A stretch of DNA of 63,470 nucleotides, the filler included, from Atractiella rhizophila (taxonomy: Eukaryota), in assembly GCA_021432655.1 (NCBI GenBank). It is 7 parts of 6 records of this genome, joined end to end, with 100 filler letters (N's around TTAATTAATTAA, not from the genome) between each part and the next. Parts side by side here need not be neighbours in the genome. Positions count along the whole stretch, not along the records: positions 1 to 12,105 come from MU272015.1; 6 more parts are not named here. The stretch is one strand, 5' to 3'. The notes beneath the pieces were generated by a model, which searched no databases, was not told the origin of the DNA, and worked only from the letters and a program-made list of their open reading frames with translations. A program made the position numbers and the translations under genes. Below are positions 1 through 12,205 of this stretch, piece by piece; the stretch's first letter is position 1, and every line of letters starts with the position of its first letter.

Positions 1-518
1 GTCCAATTCGACAGTGATCCTAGAGTGAGATTTCGAAGCTCATGACAATCTTGAAGGGTAGGGAAGAAATTGTCTGGTTGGGCTTCAAAAAGCTTGACTC
101 CAAGAGTCCTGAGATTTGGAAGAGGCGGGATTGCATATGTGAGTATTCCTTCTACTTTGGTATCCAAAGTAAGAGTCTGAATATTTGAAAGCATCATGAG
201 CAGTTTGCAAGCCAAATCTGAACCATCCGCCTCAACGCATTTGACGAGAGATCTTTTCTCGGGACACGAGCCAAACAACTGTAGAAGGTTCTCGCCATTT
301 TGCAGATCCAGGCGTTCAGGGATGGAGATTGATGAGAGCAGCAGTTTGGAGACCTGGGCTGACCACCTCTTGTTGACTCGAGCGAGAGAAGCGAAGTGAC
401 TCTGGTCGTCAATTGGTGGGAGGTTGTGAGACAGTATCTGGTGAAGAATTTCGGGTGGGATCTTCGCTTCGAAAAAAAAAGGGCTCTCTGCTGCAATGGC
501 GCCAGAATTCGAGGACAT
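1..518 (-). CDS. F-box/LRR-like protein, 5' part; runs off the window start
   Basis: Manual translation from ATG 518: MSSNSGAIAAESPFFFEAKIPPEILHQILSHNL...FASLARVNKRWSAQVSKLL (F-box pattern), then LSNIQTLTL, LPNLRTLGV, CHELRNLTL (LRR-like). The frame is open to base 1, so it is missing from the ORF track. Confidence 0.7.
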   Translation of the reverse strand, partial: MSSNSGAIAAESPFFFEAKIPPEILHQILSHNLPPIDDQSHFASLARVNKRWSAQVSKLLLSSISIPERLDLQNGENLLQLFGSCPEKRSLVKCVEADGSDLACKLLMMLSNIQTLTLDTKVEGILTYAIPPLPNLRTLGVKLFEAQPDNFFPTLQDCHELRNLTLGSLSNW

Positions 519-976
519 GGTCGACTCTGCTCACGAATGGAATATTAGCGAGTAATGACAGTCAGTTGGCAGAGAGACCAACGAAAACCAGTGGGGGATT
601 ATTGTTCGAGATGGTGAATGTTGAGAATCGGATTGGTTACAGTTGAATCGCACGGTAGCCTTTATATCCTCCGTGTGGTAAAAAATATCAGCATCTGCGA
701 CCTAGTGTTGTGGAGGGACGGACTCCAGGAAGTTTTCCGGCAAGCTGGCCGTTGGCTTTGGGTGGTCGTGACCCAATTTCAACCAGAAACCTCCAGATGG
801 GGGCATGTGATACAAATAATATTCTACAGTAGCGTTATCGCTACCCCAAATAGCACTGAAAAATTCAGACACAAGTAGGAACCTGTCCTTGTCTATTCGC
901 AGCAAAACTTAATCTTGGACTAGGCTTAGGTTTGGTTAAACATACCAACGAAAGGACAAACTTCCTATAGTTCACC

Positions 977-2541
977 ATGGCCCCTCGCCTTACACGGCGC
1001 TCGCTCACGCTAGGGACACTCGCCTTGATATTCCTCTACCTTCTTTTTTCATACGACACCTCCCACTTTGGGCCATTGACACGCTACAGATATAGTGTGG
1101 AGGGATACACCCCAAGGACATTTAGAAAGAGAATTGTGGCCATTGGGGGTCTGTATCTCCGTCCATTGTCACTTATTCTACCTGTTAGACAGCTTGATTA
1201 CATCATAATTGACATTGTGGTTTCGCAGATATCCATGGAGACCTTCCTCATCTGACGAGGATTCTGCGACTGGCGAGCGTCGCTGACCATCGGCTGAAGT
1301 GGAGTGGGAAGAAGACAATCTTAGTTCGTGGGTATTTTCCCTTTCGATATGAGTCGCCGGTCCGCAAGCGGCCTCTAAACATCTAATACTTCGTGTCATC
1401 TGTCCCGTTGCTGATGCATTGGTTATTGGCTTACAGAGACGGGAGACATTGTGGATCGAGGTAGAGATACCATTGCAATCTATAAGCTTATGGAGAGCTT
1501 GCGGGAGGGAGCGGCGAAGGCAAAAGGCCAGGTCGTGTCCTTGCTAGGAAACCGTTTGTCTTCTGTCTTCCTTTGGTCTCATAATGCTTACGATGCTTGT
1601 ACTTCTGCTTGAAGATGAATACATGAATGCTCTCGGAGATTGGCGCTACGTTACCCCAGAGGATGTAGCGACGTTTGGGTCAGCTCGTGCAAGACGCCAA
1701 GCCATGACCTCTGGTTCGTTGCTCCCTTCTTCTCCCATGTGTTGCGCCACACTCTGATAAATTGAATATAGAAGGATGGATCGGACAATCCTGGCTTACA
1801 AACTACAGCACTACAGCTCGTCTACCCTACGCACTGACATTTCCTTCAATTTCTCCTCCACCTCAAACCTTAGACGCCTTCCCACCTCCGGATCCTTACA
1901 CCCCGCTCCCAGAATTCCCACCCTACTCACATCCTAATCTCTCCCTGTTTTCCACCGCTGCCGCCTCCTTCGTCCACGGTGGCCTATCTCCTGCGTATCT
2001 CACCACTCTTCCTGCTCCGCACCTCAAATCGTTGAACGAAATCGGACACTCGTTACTGGAGAAGGCGGTGAGACCTGTACCTTGGACAAGCACCAACAGT
2101 GCCCTGCCGGGCGATGCAACTACGGAGGAGAGGGAGTTTTATAGTAGTGAGGGACCAGTGTGGTGGAGGGGGTTTGCGACGGAGAATGATGAGCGGTTGG
2201 TCTGTGAGTGGGGAAGGAGGACGAGGGAGTTGCTAGGTGTGAGGAGGCTGGTGATGGGCCATACACCATTGTTGGTCTCATCATTCTCTAAAGCTGGGCC
2301 GACTAACAGGGATGGAATAGCTTGGAGGGCATAAAGACGCGCTGTAACAGCACTATAATCCTAATCGACACAGGTCTCTCCACGTGTGTCCGCCATTTTG
2401 CATTTCTCTCCTCTCTTTCCCACACATCGAGACTAACCCATCCTCTTGTTTATTTTCAACAGCTACTACTCTGGTTCCCTCTCCGCTCTTGAAATCCTCT
2501 ACTCCCTCGTACCCCAACCTCTCCTCGCCGATGCACGACCG
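977..2541 (+). CDS. Calcineurin-like metallophosphoesterase, Shewanella-like phosphatase type, with N-terminal signal anchor; 3' end in N gap
   Basis: Spliced exons give RIVAIG/DIHGD, TGDIVDRG, LLGNH/E, FVHGG, GPVWWRG, VMGHTP and IDTG; hydrophobic N-terminus TLGTLALIFLYLLF. Confidence 0.9.
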
Positions 2542-2973
2542 NNNNNNNNNNNNNNNNNNNNNNNNNNNNNNNNNNNNNNNNNNNNNNNNNNNNNNNNNNN
2601 NNNNNNNNNNNNNNNNNNNNNNNNNNNNNNNNNNNNNNNNNNNNNNNNNNNNNNNNNNNNNNNNNNNNNNNNNNNNNNNNNNNNNNNNNNNNNNNNNNNN
2701 NNNNNNNNNNNNNNNNNNNNNNNNNNNNNNNNNNNNNNNNNNNNNNNNNNNNNNNNNNNNNNNNNNNNNNNNNNNNNNNNNNNNNNNNNNNNNNNNNNNN
2801 NNNNNNNNNNNNNNNNNNNNNNNNNNNNNNNNNNNNNNNNNNNNNNNNNNNNNNNNNNNNNNNNNNNNNNNNNNNNNNNNNNNNNNNNNNNNNNNNNNNN
2901 NNNNNNNNNNNNNNNNNNNNNNNNNNNNNNNNNNNNNNNNNNNNNNNNNNNNNNNNNNNNNNNNNNNNNNNNN

Positions 2974-3860
2974 TTACAAGAGACAGGAAGCACGCGAACT
3001 ATAGCGGGCAACCTCGACGTTCAACTTTAACTGTCGTCCCGAGTAGCTCGCTCTGAGCGCGACCCTCTCCAACCGCGTTTCACCCTTCGACAACTCTAGC
3101 TAAATAAGTTGTTTGGAAGAACCATGTTTCTCTTCTAATTGGGGTTACCGGACCAAGCAGGAAAAATAGAAAAAAACCTCATACCCCACGACTTCGTTTA
3201 AGTCCATGGGCACTAAGTTAAGCCTCTCTCTCTACTTCGGTCTTTCCAAGGCCTTTCACCTCACTAACACACAGAGAAGAAGGACGTGGAGGACTGAACT
3301 CCGAGAGTTAAACACGTTTGAACTGCCTTCTTACGCGTATCCATCTTGAATAACTAAGGAATAAGTTTCTTAGAGCGGGCGAAGAGGGCAGTCTAGGGGA
3401 CCTCTCTCGTGTCTACGCTATGATACGAGTCTCCATTAAGAAGGTAGAAAAGGGCATTAGGGTTGTTTGCCACTAAAGATCTAAGCTGCTGCAAGACTTC
3501 GAGGGATACGAACCTAAACCTTTTCTAGGGGAGTCAGCTATTGAAGGAAGTCCATATCTCCTCGAAGTCCCGATGTAGCGGCTTTCTGGACCGTTCAAAA
3601 AGAGACCTCTACTCGAACCTATAACCGTGCAGGAGGAAGAGTAGAAGAACAAGAACTTAACTGTACAAAGACCAGGTTTCACTATAGTACCAACGTGGCA
3701 AGTATCGCGCGCCAAAAATGAAACCGCTCAAGCCACAAAGTTGGTTACGTACTGCAAAAGTTCGCCTAGCTTAACCTCCTCTTCATATTCCAGAAGGTAC
3801 CTCATAGACTTCTTGGACCATCTTGTAGGTCCCAAGTTCTTCTCAACCTCAGTCCATCCC
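2974..3860. other. Glutathione S-transferase (Cys/omega-like) gene present as complement-only ('mirror') sequence
   Basis: Base-by-base complement read left to right gives CPxAHRARLALGEVGAKWEAVEIDLFNKPSWYKEKINPNGL/VPVIQFGE...VPESGVI/VELIDSLFKESRPLLPSDPLERAQMRYYAQR/...FFSGDELGY.DIMVAPFIAR, with GT..AG introns at 3154-3204, 3268-3341 and 3434-3481. Confidence 0.92.
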
Positions 3861-5525
3861 AGAGGGTGAGACTACTAGTGTAGAGTGTGATATTTTGATC
3901 AACCAGATTCGAGGGCATCTTCCACTATCGAGTTTGCTCCGTTGAGGCGACGCCTAACGAGAGAGCGACGTGTTTATATGGTCTAAACCAAGTGAACTTA
4001 CCATCCTCAACAAAGCGCGGACATAACCAGGGAAGTCACTTCTGCTGTGTTGGTTGAAGGAACGGGTCAAGAACAACCATGACATATAGAATATGATGGA
4101 CATGAAAGACACATAGGATGTACGTCGACAGGCTAATATACGAGTGGGTTGGGTTGGATTACAGAGCAGGAGGTATTACAAGCAAGCAAAACACCGACTA
4201 ATTGATATTCGACAGCCAGACCAACAAACTTCAACTCTACATCTGAGTTCAAATGCGAAGACACGTTTGGAATGCAACAGCAGCCGCACCAGCGGACGGA
4301 CTCGAATGGAGACAGGAGGATTAGGTGGCTGAGCTATAAAGCGCCATATTTTATTTTAGGTCCAGGATAATCTGGTTCACAAATGGAATGAGACAAGACC
4401 GAGAAAGAGGCAAGAGAAACGAACGGAAACGATGTCAGGACTCAAAGGAGCATGCTGCGGTATGGCGTTGCGCTTCCAAATCCGTGACCTCTCATAGGTT
4501 CGATAGAGTACGTGTACTCTTCCTCATCAATGATGGGATAGCGGATAGCTTGAATCACTGATTTATGAGCCTGTGAAGAATTGGATGATTCAAACAAACA
4601 GACCTTTGTCATCCGTTTGAAATTTGCAACTTAAAGATCCAAAGAGTACTTGGAAGATAGACCGCATTCTGGATTGGGTTTTGATTTATTTTATGAGAGA
4701 CGATTGGAGATAAAGTCAACGACTGTGATACGCTTTGTGAGAGTACAAAGACGATGGCCTAGGGAAGTACCCAACGCGAAGCCCTCTTTTATCTTGCTCG
4801 GCAGATATCAACAACTACAGCATTGACGAGCCTGCCGAGAATAATTGTTCTGGCTCCGGTGGTAAGAACAACATAATTCACTAGTATCCGATGCAATGCA
4901 ATGAAAGAGGAAGGCGAAGTCAAGCGAAGAAATACAAAGAAGGACGTTGATCCCGATAACCGCACCGTCGTCCGATGTGCGCACGACATGGTCCTATTCT
5001 CTCTGTGGAGAAACGAGGAGGAGCAATCGGCCACGGTAAGGTCTCCCCACTTCTCCACAGCGCCTCTCGATGCTTTGTTCTCGGCATTAGGAACCCCTCT
5101 GAGGAGTCGATTGGAGCTGGGAAGCAGTTCGCACAGCTTCCTTCAGCGCTTCATTTTGCACTTGGAGCAAGAAGTAGACATGTCTCGTTTGCGGCTTGCG
5201 GTTGAAGGCATGCTCCCGAAGTAAGTACCCGCGAGGGAAGAGCCAGCGACGAACTCCCGAGAAGGGAGGTGTTGGCCAAAACGTGAAGCAGAGCAACTCC
5301 CTGGTGAGCTGACTCTCACAAAACAGCAACTCCAGCAATGTCACAAGTCCAAATTTCTGCCAAAGTAGCCCAATACAGGTAATAGGACTCGGTCACGGTT
5401 AACTTGCTGACACGCAGTTCCCCATTGTTGCGAAAATGGCAGGTGGGACGACGAAGGCAAAACTGTGAGGAAAGTCCTCTTTCGACAGGAGCAAGAAATG
5501 AGGGAATGGACAGACTGAAAATCAG

Positions 5526-8500
5526 TCCAATTAGTCTGTACGTATGAATCCAAGGTAATACAGAATACCCGTGGAGGTGAAATTGCAAAGCAAAGACGAC
5601 AGTCAGGCAGGCATATGAGCTATTGAGTCTGATGCTTCTCTGACGCACACATCTCTACAGGTAGAAGAGCTACATGTCTCGGCAAAGTAAAAGGCAATGA
5701 ACACTTGCTCAACGATAATTATCGGCTTGAGATACTCTTTCTCATCTGGAAATGTCAAAAGGTTCACGGCCAACACGTATATGCTCCGCGGCTCAGCGAA
5801 CCGTCGGACAGGTCAGAAGTGGACTTGTGTAGAGGAGATCTATCTCCCTGAGGAAGGTTGAGCTTTGCCGGTGAGGGCATCATCCAGTCCAGTTATACCG
5901 ACTGATTCTCAGGACCCGCAGTTTTCAAAGAAAAGTACAACGATGGGGAGGGTTCTACTCCCCATGAAATACATCATTCACTCTAAACGCGTTTCAAGCA
6001 ACAGTTTTATCCCTTTTGATCAAGCATCTGAACCAGAAAACTGCAAGTTTCTCCCGCAAGGAAGAAGTAACAGGCGGGCATGTATCCATGTTGTTCACAA
6101 TCTGTTTCGCTTGTGATGCATGAATGAGCGAGTCGGCCCGAGCAGACCTCACAACTCACGACGGCTCTTTGAGCCATACGACATCTCTTCCTTATTTTGA
6201 CATTACTCAACGGAAGGAGCACTGACCATAGTCACATTATGGATGCAATGACACACCTCCCTGCTTCTCTCCCCACTGATATCTTTTTCTCACCCTACTT
6301 CAGCTCCCCTAAGCCATCCTCCAAACACATGAGAAAACCCAAAAGCTTTGCATGATCTTGGTTAACCTCGACCATTCGAGACCCTATTTTGTCCTCTTTG
6401 TCACTCACTGTACCTGCGACGGTACCTCCCTCGACTCCCATATCCAACGCCCGAATTGAGCCTCTTCACAGGACTCGAGAACAGTCACTGCTGCTCCTGT
6501 GCAGTCAAGTTGAGTGCCGTTGATCGCGTGGAGACTGCATTGCCTCCCTCCTCTTTCGATCACGCAGTTTCATTTCACATCGGTCTTTTCAGTCGCACAA
6601 AAAAGCATGGGTCTGAGCTGATAAGCCTCTCCTCTTTTTCAACGTCAGAATCTAGCCGTATTGTCGCTTGGGGTGTATCTTCCTTCCTTTGGAAACGAAC
6701 GAATTCTTGGGTGCTGGGTTACATACCATAGCTGGCTCTCTTTCCTTTGTCGGGCTAGGCTGGCCTTAGCTTTCCTCTGTTCAACGCGGCGCGCATTCAC
6801 AACATCATGAAGTCCTTCTTTTCGTCCTCCTCCTCCTTCGTCGAAGCTGCGAAACGCCGTCTCCCCTCGCCGTTGCGAGCCTTCATCATCCTCTCCCTCC
6901 TCCACTTCATCATCCAGCTCTCCCTCCAATCCGCCGCCTTTGCCCTCTCCACGAATGCCATTCCCGTTCTCCGAATAATCGAGGAGGCGCCACTGGGAAC
7001 GAATCCTAACGTCGTGCAGATCACGAGCGAAGGCAAGAACAGCGGGCTCAGATTGCTCAATTCCTCTCTAGCAGGATTAGCGAAGAGGGACAGGCAGGCA
7101 GAGGATGGGATACGCCAGCAGCTTTTTGGAGGCAATCTCAATGATACTTACGCTGTCTTCCAATTCGATGGTAACGATGAACCCCTCGTCGTTACTCGCC
7201 AATGCTCAATCGCGCTCGTCGAGCCTTTGCGGACGATGAGGAGGTTGCAAAGACAGATTTTCACTTTCCTCTTCTACCAGTTATGGATCACTGGCACTTG
7301 CTTAGTTACTGTCCGTTTGATCCCTTTGTTCCTTTCCCCACCTCTCCTTTTGCGCTTCGTTTTGCTGAGTTGTTCATGGTGGAATAGGTCCTCAATGCCT
7401 CTGTTCCCCATCTCATTTCTGTCCTCATCCTTCACGCCCTCAGCCTCGCTTACTCCCTCTTCCAAGCTGCACAAATGGCCTACTTTCACCGTGAATTCCA
7501 CCACGAAGTCTTAACCATAGCATGTGAGCAGATGTGGTTCAAGCCGTGCGTCCTCGGTGTCCATCCACCATCTACCTCATTGATTGATCAACGACTTACA
7601 CAGATCATACCTCCGCGAACTATACGCTCTCTCCCAAGCCATCTCCGTTACCCAAGCCCTCTTCACCATCCTCTTCTGCCTCGTCGCCTGGAAACTCTAC
7701 CCCGTCCTGGACTGGAACACCTGGCACAAAATCGGGGGCGACCGTCGCCAGAGCGCGCTCAACAAAGCGGTATTATCACTCAAAGTCAACCTCCAACTCT
7801 CCATGTTCTTCGTCCTCACCACCCTCGGCATCTACCTTTCCTTCCTCTTCGGTCAAAACAGTCTCGTCCCCCGAGCAGACAACGAACTCTTCGCTACTGA
7901 CAAATCTGTCAGAACGATTTGGCCAATTGTACTCACGGTCGCTGCCGCCTTCTTTATGCCTTGGCTGGCACTTGGGTTTTGGGTGGTGGGAGGACCGAAG
8001 AATAAGTTGAGCGAGAATGGAAGGAAGGTGATGAGGTGGATAGGAGTTGAAAGCGTCAGAGAATGGATGAGGAGCAAGAAACGTGTGAAAGGGTGGACCT
8101 TGGGAGAGGGTGAGAAAGCGGAATGGAAATGGTTTAATCTCGAACAGAAGTCCGGAGGATGGAAAGTGTCCAGGAAGACGGGCATGGCGGTTTTTTTGTT
8201 CTTTGGTGTGCTTTATATGTAAGTCTTCCCTGGATATCCCCCATCGCTGTCTTCTTCTCGTATTCCTGAACTCCCGTCCTAACTGAACTGGATAGTGTGA
8301 CTCTTGCCATCCTGACGTCAGTACAGATGATCCAATTAGTCTGTACGTATGAATCCAAGGTAATACAGAATACCCGTGGAGGTGAAATTGCAAAGCAAAG
8401 ACGACAGTCAGGCAGGCATATGAGCTATTGAGTCTGATGCTTCTCTGACGCACACATCTCTACAGGTAGAAGAGCTACATGTCTCGGCAAAGTAAAAGGC

Positions 8501-11137
8501 AATGAACACTTGCTCAACGATAATTATCGGCTTGAGATACTCTTTCTCATCTGGAAATCTCAAAAGGTTCACGGCCAACGCGTATATGCTCCGCGGCTCA
8601 GCGAACCGTCGGACAGGTCAGAAGTGGACTTGTGTAGAGGAGAACTATCTCCTTGAGGAAGGTTGAGCTTTGCCGGTGAGGGCATCATCCAGTCCAGTTA
8701 TACCGACTGATTCTCAGGACCCGCAGTTTTCAAAGAAAAGTACAACGATGGGGAGGGTTCTACTCCCCATGAAATACATCATTCACTCTAAACGCGTTTC
8801 AAGCAACAGTTTTATCCCTTTTGATCAAGCATCTGAACCAGAAAACTGCAAGTTTCTCCCGCAAGGAAGAAGTAACAGGCGGGCATGTATCCATGTTGTT
8901 CAACCAATCTGTTTCGCTTGTGATGCATGAATGAGCGAGTCGGCCCGAGCAGACCTCACAACTCACGACGACTCTTTCCGCCATACGACATCCCTTCATG
9001 ACTTTGACATTACTCAATGGAAGGAGCACTGACCATAGTCACATTATGGATGCAATGACACACCTCCCAGCTTCTCTCCCCACTGATATCTTTTTCTCGC
9101 CCTACTTCAGCTCCCCTAAGCCATCCTCCAAACACATGAGAAAGCCCAAAAGCTTTGCATGATCTTGGTTAACCTCGACCATTCGAGACCCTATTTTGTC
9201 CTCCTTGTCACTCACTGTGCCTGCGACGGTACTTCCCTCCACTTCCATATCCAACGCCCGAATTGAGCCTCTTCACAGGACTCGAGAACAGTCACTGCTG
9301 CTCCTGTGCAGTCAAGTTGAGTGCCGTTGATCGCGTGGAGACTGCATTGCCTCCCTCCTCTTTCGATCACGCAGTTTCATTTCACATCGGTCTTTTCAGG
9401 TCGCACAAAAAAGCATGGGTCTGAGCTGATAAGCCTCTCCTCTTTTTCAACCTCAGAATCTAGTCGTATTGTCGCTTGGGGTGTATCTTCCTTCCTTTGG
9501 AAACGAACGAATTCTTGGGTGCTGGGTTACATACCATAGCTGGCTCTCTTTCCTTTGTCGGGCTAGGCTGGCCTTAGCTTTCCTCTGTTCAACGCGGCGC
9601 GCATTCACAACATCATGAAGTCCTTCTTTTCGTCCTCCTCCTCCTTCGTCGAAGCTGCGAAACGCCGTCTCCCCTCGCCGTTGCGAGCCTTCATCATCCT
9701 CTCCCTCCTCCACTTCATCATCCAGCTCTCCCTCCAATCCGCCGCCTTTGCCCTCTCCACGAATGCCATTCCCGTTCTCCGAATAATCGAGGAGGCGCCA
9801 CTGGGAACGAATCCTAACGTCGTGCAGATCACGAGCGAAGGCAAGAACAGCGGGCTCAGATTGCTCAATTCCTCTCTACCAGGATTAGCGAAGAGGGACA
9901 GACAGGCAGAGGATGCGATACGCCAGCAGCTGTTTGGAGGGAACCTCAATGATACTTACGCTGTCTTCCAATTCGATGGTAACGATGAACCCCTCGTCGT
10001 TACTCGCCAATGCTCTATTGCCCTCGTCGAGCCTTTGCGGACGATGAGGAGGTTGCAGAGACAGATTTTCACTTTCCTCTTCTACCAGTTATGGATCACT
10101 GGCACTTGCTTAGTTACTGTCCGTTTGATCCCTTTGTTCCTTTCCTCATCTCCCCGTTTGCGCTTCGTTTTGCTGAGTTGTTCATGGTGGAATAGGTCCT
10201 CTATGCCTCTGTTCCCCACCTCATTTCTGTCCTCATCCTTCACACCCTCAGCCTCGCTTACTCCCTCTTCCAAGCTGCACAAATGGCCTACTTTCACCGT
10301 GAATTCCACCACGAAGTCTTAACCATAGCATGTGAGCAAATGTGGTTCAAGCCGTGCGTCCACGGTGTCCATCCACCATCTACCTCATTGATTGATCAAC
10401 GACTAACACAGATCATACCTCCGCGAACTATACGCTCTCTCCCAAGCCATCTCCGTTACCCAAGCCCTCTTCACCATCCTCTTCTGCCTCGTCGCCTGGA
10501 AACTCTACCCCGTCCTGGACTGGAACACCTGGCACAAAATCGGAGGCGACCGGCGCCAGAGTGCGCTCAACAAAGCGGTCTTATCACTCAAAGTTAACCT
10601 CCAACTCTCCATGTTCTTCGTCCTCACCACCCTCGGCATCTACCTTTCCTTCCTCTTCGGTCAAAACAGTCTCATCCCACGAGCAGACAACGAACTCTTC
10701 GCTACTGACAAATCTGTCAGAAAGATTTGGCCAATTGTACTCACGGTCGCCGCCGCCTTCTTTATGCCTTGGCTGGCACTTGGGTTTTGGGTGGTGGGAG
10801 GACCGAAGAATAAGTTGAGCGAGAATGGAAGGAAGGTGATGAGATGGACAGGAGTTGAAAGCGTCAGAGAATGGATGAGGAGCAAGAAACGTGTGAAAGG
10901 GTGGACCTTGGGAGAGGGTGAGAAAGCAGAATGGAAATGGTTTAATCTCGAACAGAAGTCCGGAGGATGGAAAGTGTCCAGGAAGACGGGCATGGCGGTT
11001 TTTTTGTTCTTTGGTGTGCTTTATATGTAAGTCTTCCCTGGCTATCCCCCAACGCTGTCTTCTTCTCGTATTCCTGAACTCCCGTCCTAACTGAACTGGA
11101 TAGTGTGACTCTTGCCATCCTGACGTCAGTACAGATG
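5526..11137. repeat. Direct tandem duplication of about 2.8 kb (5526-8329 and 8331-11137)
   Basis: Both copies begin tccaattagtctgtacgtatg and end gacgtcagtacagatg; near-identical with scattered substitutions and 1-nt indels; paired ORFs 6807/9615 and 5865/8670. Confidence 0.97.
6807..8329 (+). CDS. Multi-pass membrane protein, copy 1, truncated at the duplication junction
   Basis: Same exons as 9615-11512 but breaks inside the exon VTLAILTSVQM at 8329. Confidence 0.7.
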
Positions 11138-11512
11138 TTCCCCCAAGACACATGGGGCTTTCTCCTGTGCGTACCTCTCTTAGTCGATCGTCGCAAATTG
11201 ATTGATGAATACCAAACAATAAGTTTTCTTGACGGATGTTCCCTCCTCGTCACCCTCGCGACTCTGGGTTCAGCGATAGCTTGTATCGTGCTCTCAAACA
11301 AAGAGTTCTGGGACCGTACGTTTCCTCTCGTCCCATCTGTCGTCGCTTGAAGACAATTACTGATTGCTGTTTCGTGCTTTGCGTATGAATTAGATGGGAT
11401 GGGAAGTGAGACCTCGGATGATCGCAGTCTCGAGGATGGAGTGTGGGTTGGGAGGGGCGCCAGTGGTAGCTCCTGGGGAGAGGAGAAGATGGAAAAGGTC
11501 GTGATTGACTGA
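9615..11512 (+). CDS. Multi-pass membrane protein, complete copy; resembles fungal UPF0658-like Golgi membrane proteins
   Basis: Several hydrophobic helices across spliced exons; LVAWKLYPVLDWNTWHKIGGDRR resembles the WKLYxEFGWxIYKKIGAD pattern I recall for that family; last exon ends EKMEKVVID-TGA at 11512. Family call is tentative. Confidence 0.7.
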
Positions 11513-12105
11513 TGAATCGATGTTTATACCTTCCGGCTTTACATTGTGGATTCTCGTTTTATACCCATTATTACTACTGTTGCATGTGAACACACTGCTT
11601 CCACAACGTATCTACCGTGAGCTAGCAGCAGAGGAGAATATGTGCAGATTTCATTGATGCGATAGGAGAGGAAGTTCGGGTAAGTATTATTTTATAGCCC
11701 GAGCGTTATAAATCTTCCAACAGTGATCTTGAAAGAACACTTCAAGACCCATCATGTTCCATAAACTTCAAAGATCAAAGTTCGATTTCAATGGATTCAT
11801 TGTTTACATAGCAGAAAGTTATGGACCCCAGAGTGTTTATAACAAGGGCTTCCGTCGACCGGGGACTGACCGCTCAGTCGTCGAGAGTCCACTCGTCCCA
11901 AGTCCTCCAACAAAGATACAGGAAAGACCCTCCTCTCTTGTCATTGATATCTCCCGTATAATCCTTGAAATGAGGAGGACAACTAGCCGCTTTATCGCTT
12001 CTCAAGAACGAGAGTCCAGTGATTGGTGGTTTTCCTTCTTCACGAACGGTCTCGAGGTACCGATAGTTATATCTGCTCCAAGGTGAGCAACGGGATATGG
12101 AACAC

Positions 12106-12205
12106 NNNNNNNNNNNNNNNNNNNNNNNNNNNNNNNNNNNNNNNNNNNNTTAATTAATTAANNNNNNNNNNNNNNNNNNNNNNNNNNNNNNNNNNNNNNN
12201 NNNNN
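12106..12205. other. Artificial contig-joining spacer N44-TTAATTAATTAA-N44; also at 24305-24404, 36498-36597, 43102-43201, 48351-48450 and 54096-54195
   Basis: Identical 100-nt structure six times; the 12-mer puts stop codons in all six frames; genes (SLD5, CK2) are cut at the spacers. Confidence 0.97.

Noticed and set aside
2384..3030. Long ORFs spanning N runs (also 19128-20867)
   Set aside because: Their length comes from X residues translated across assembly gaps.
4975..5225. Minus-strand RKRDMSTSCSKCKMKR*RKLC, resembling a Zn2Cys6 start
   Set aside because: In-frame stop and incomplete Cys pattern; too weak to call even as a pseudogene.
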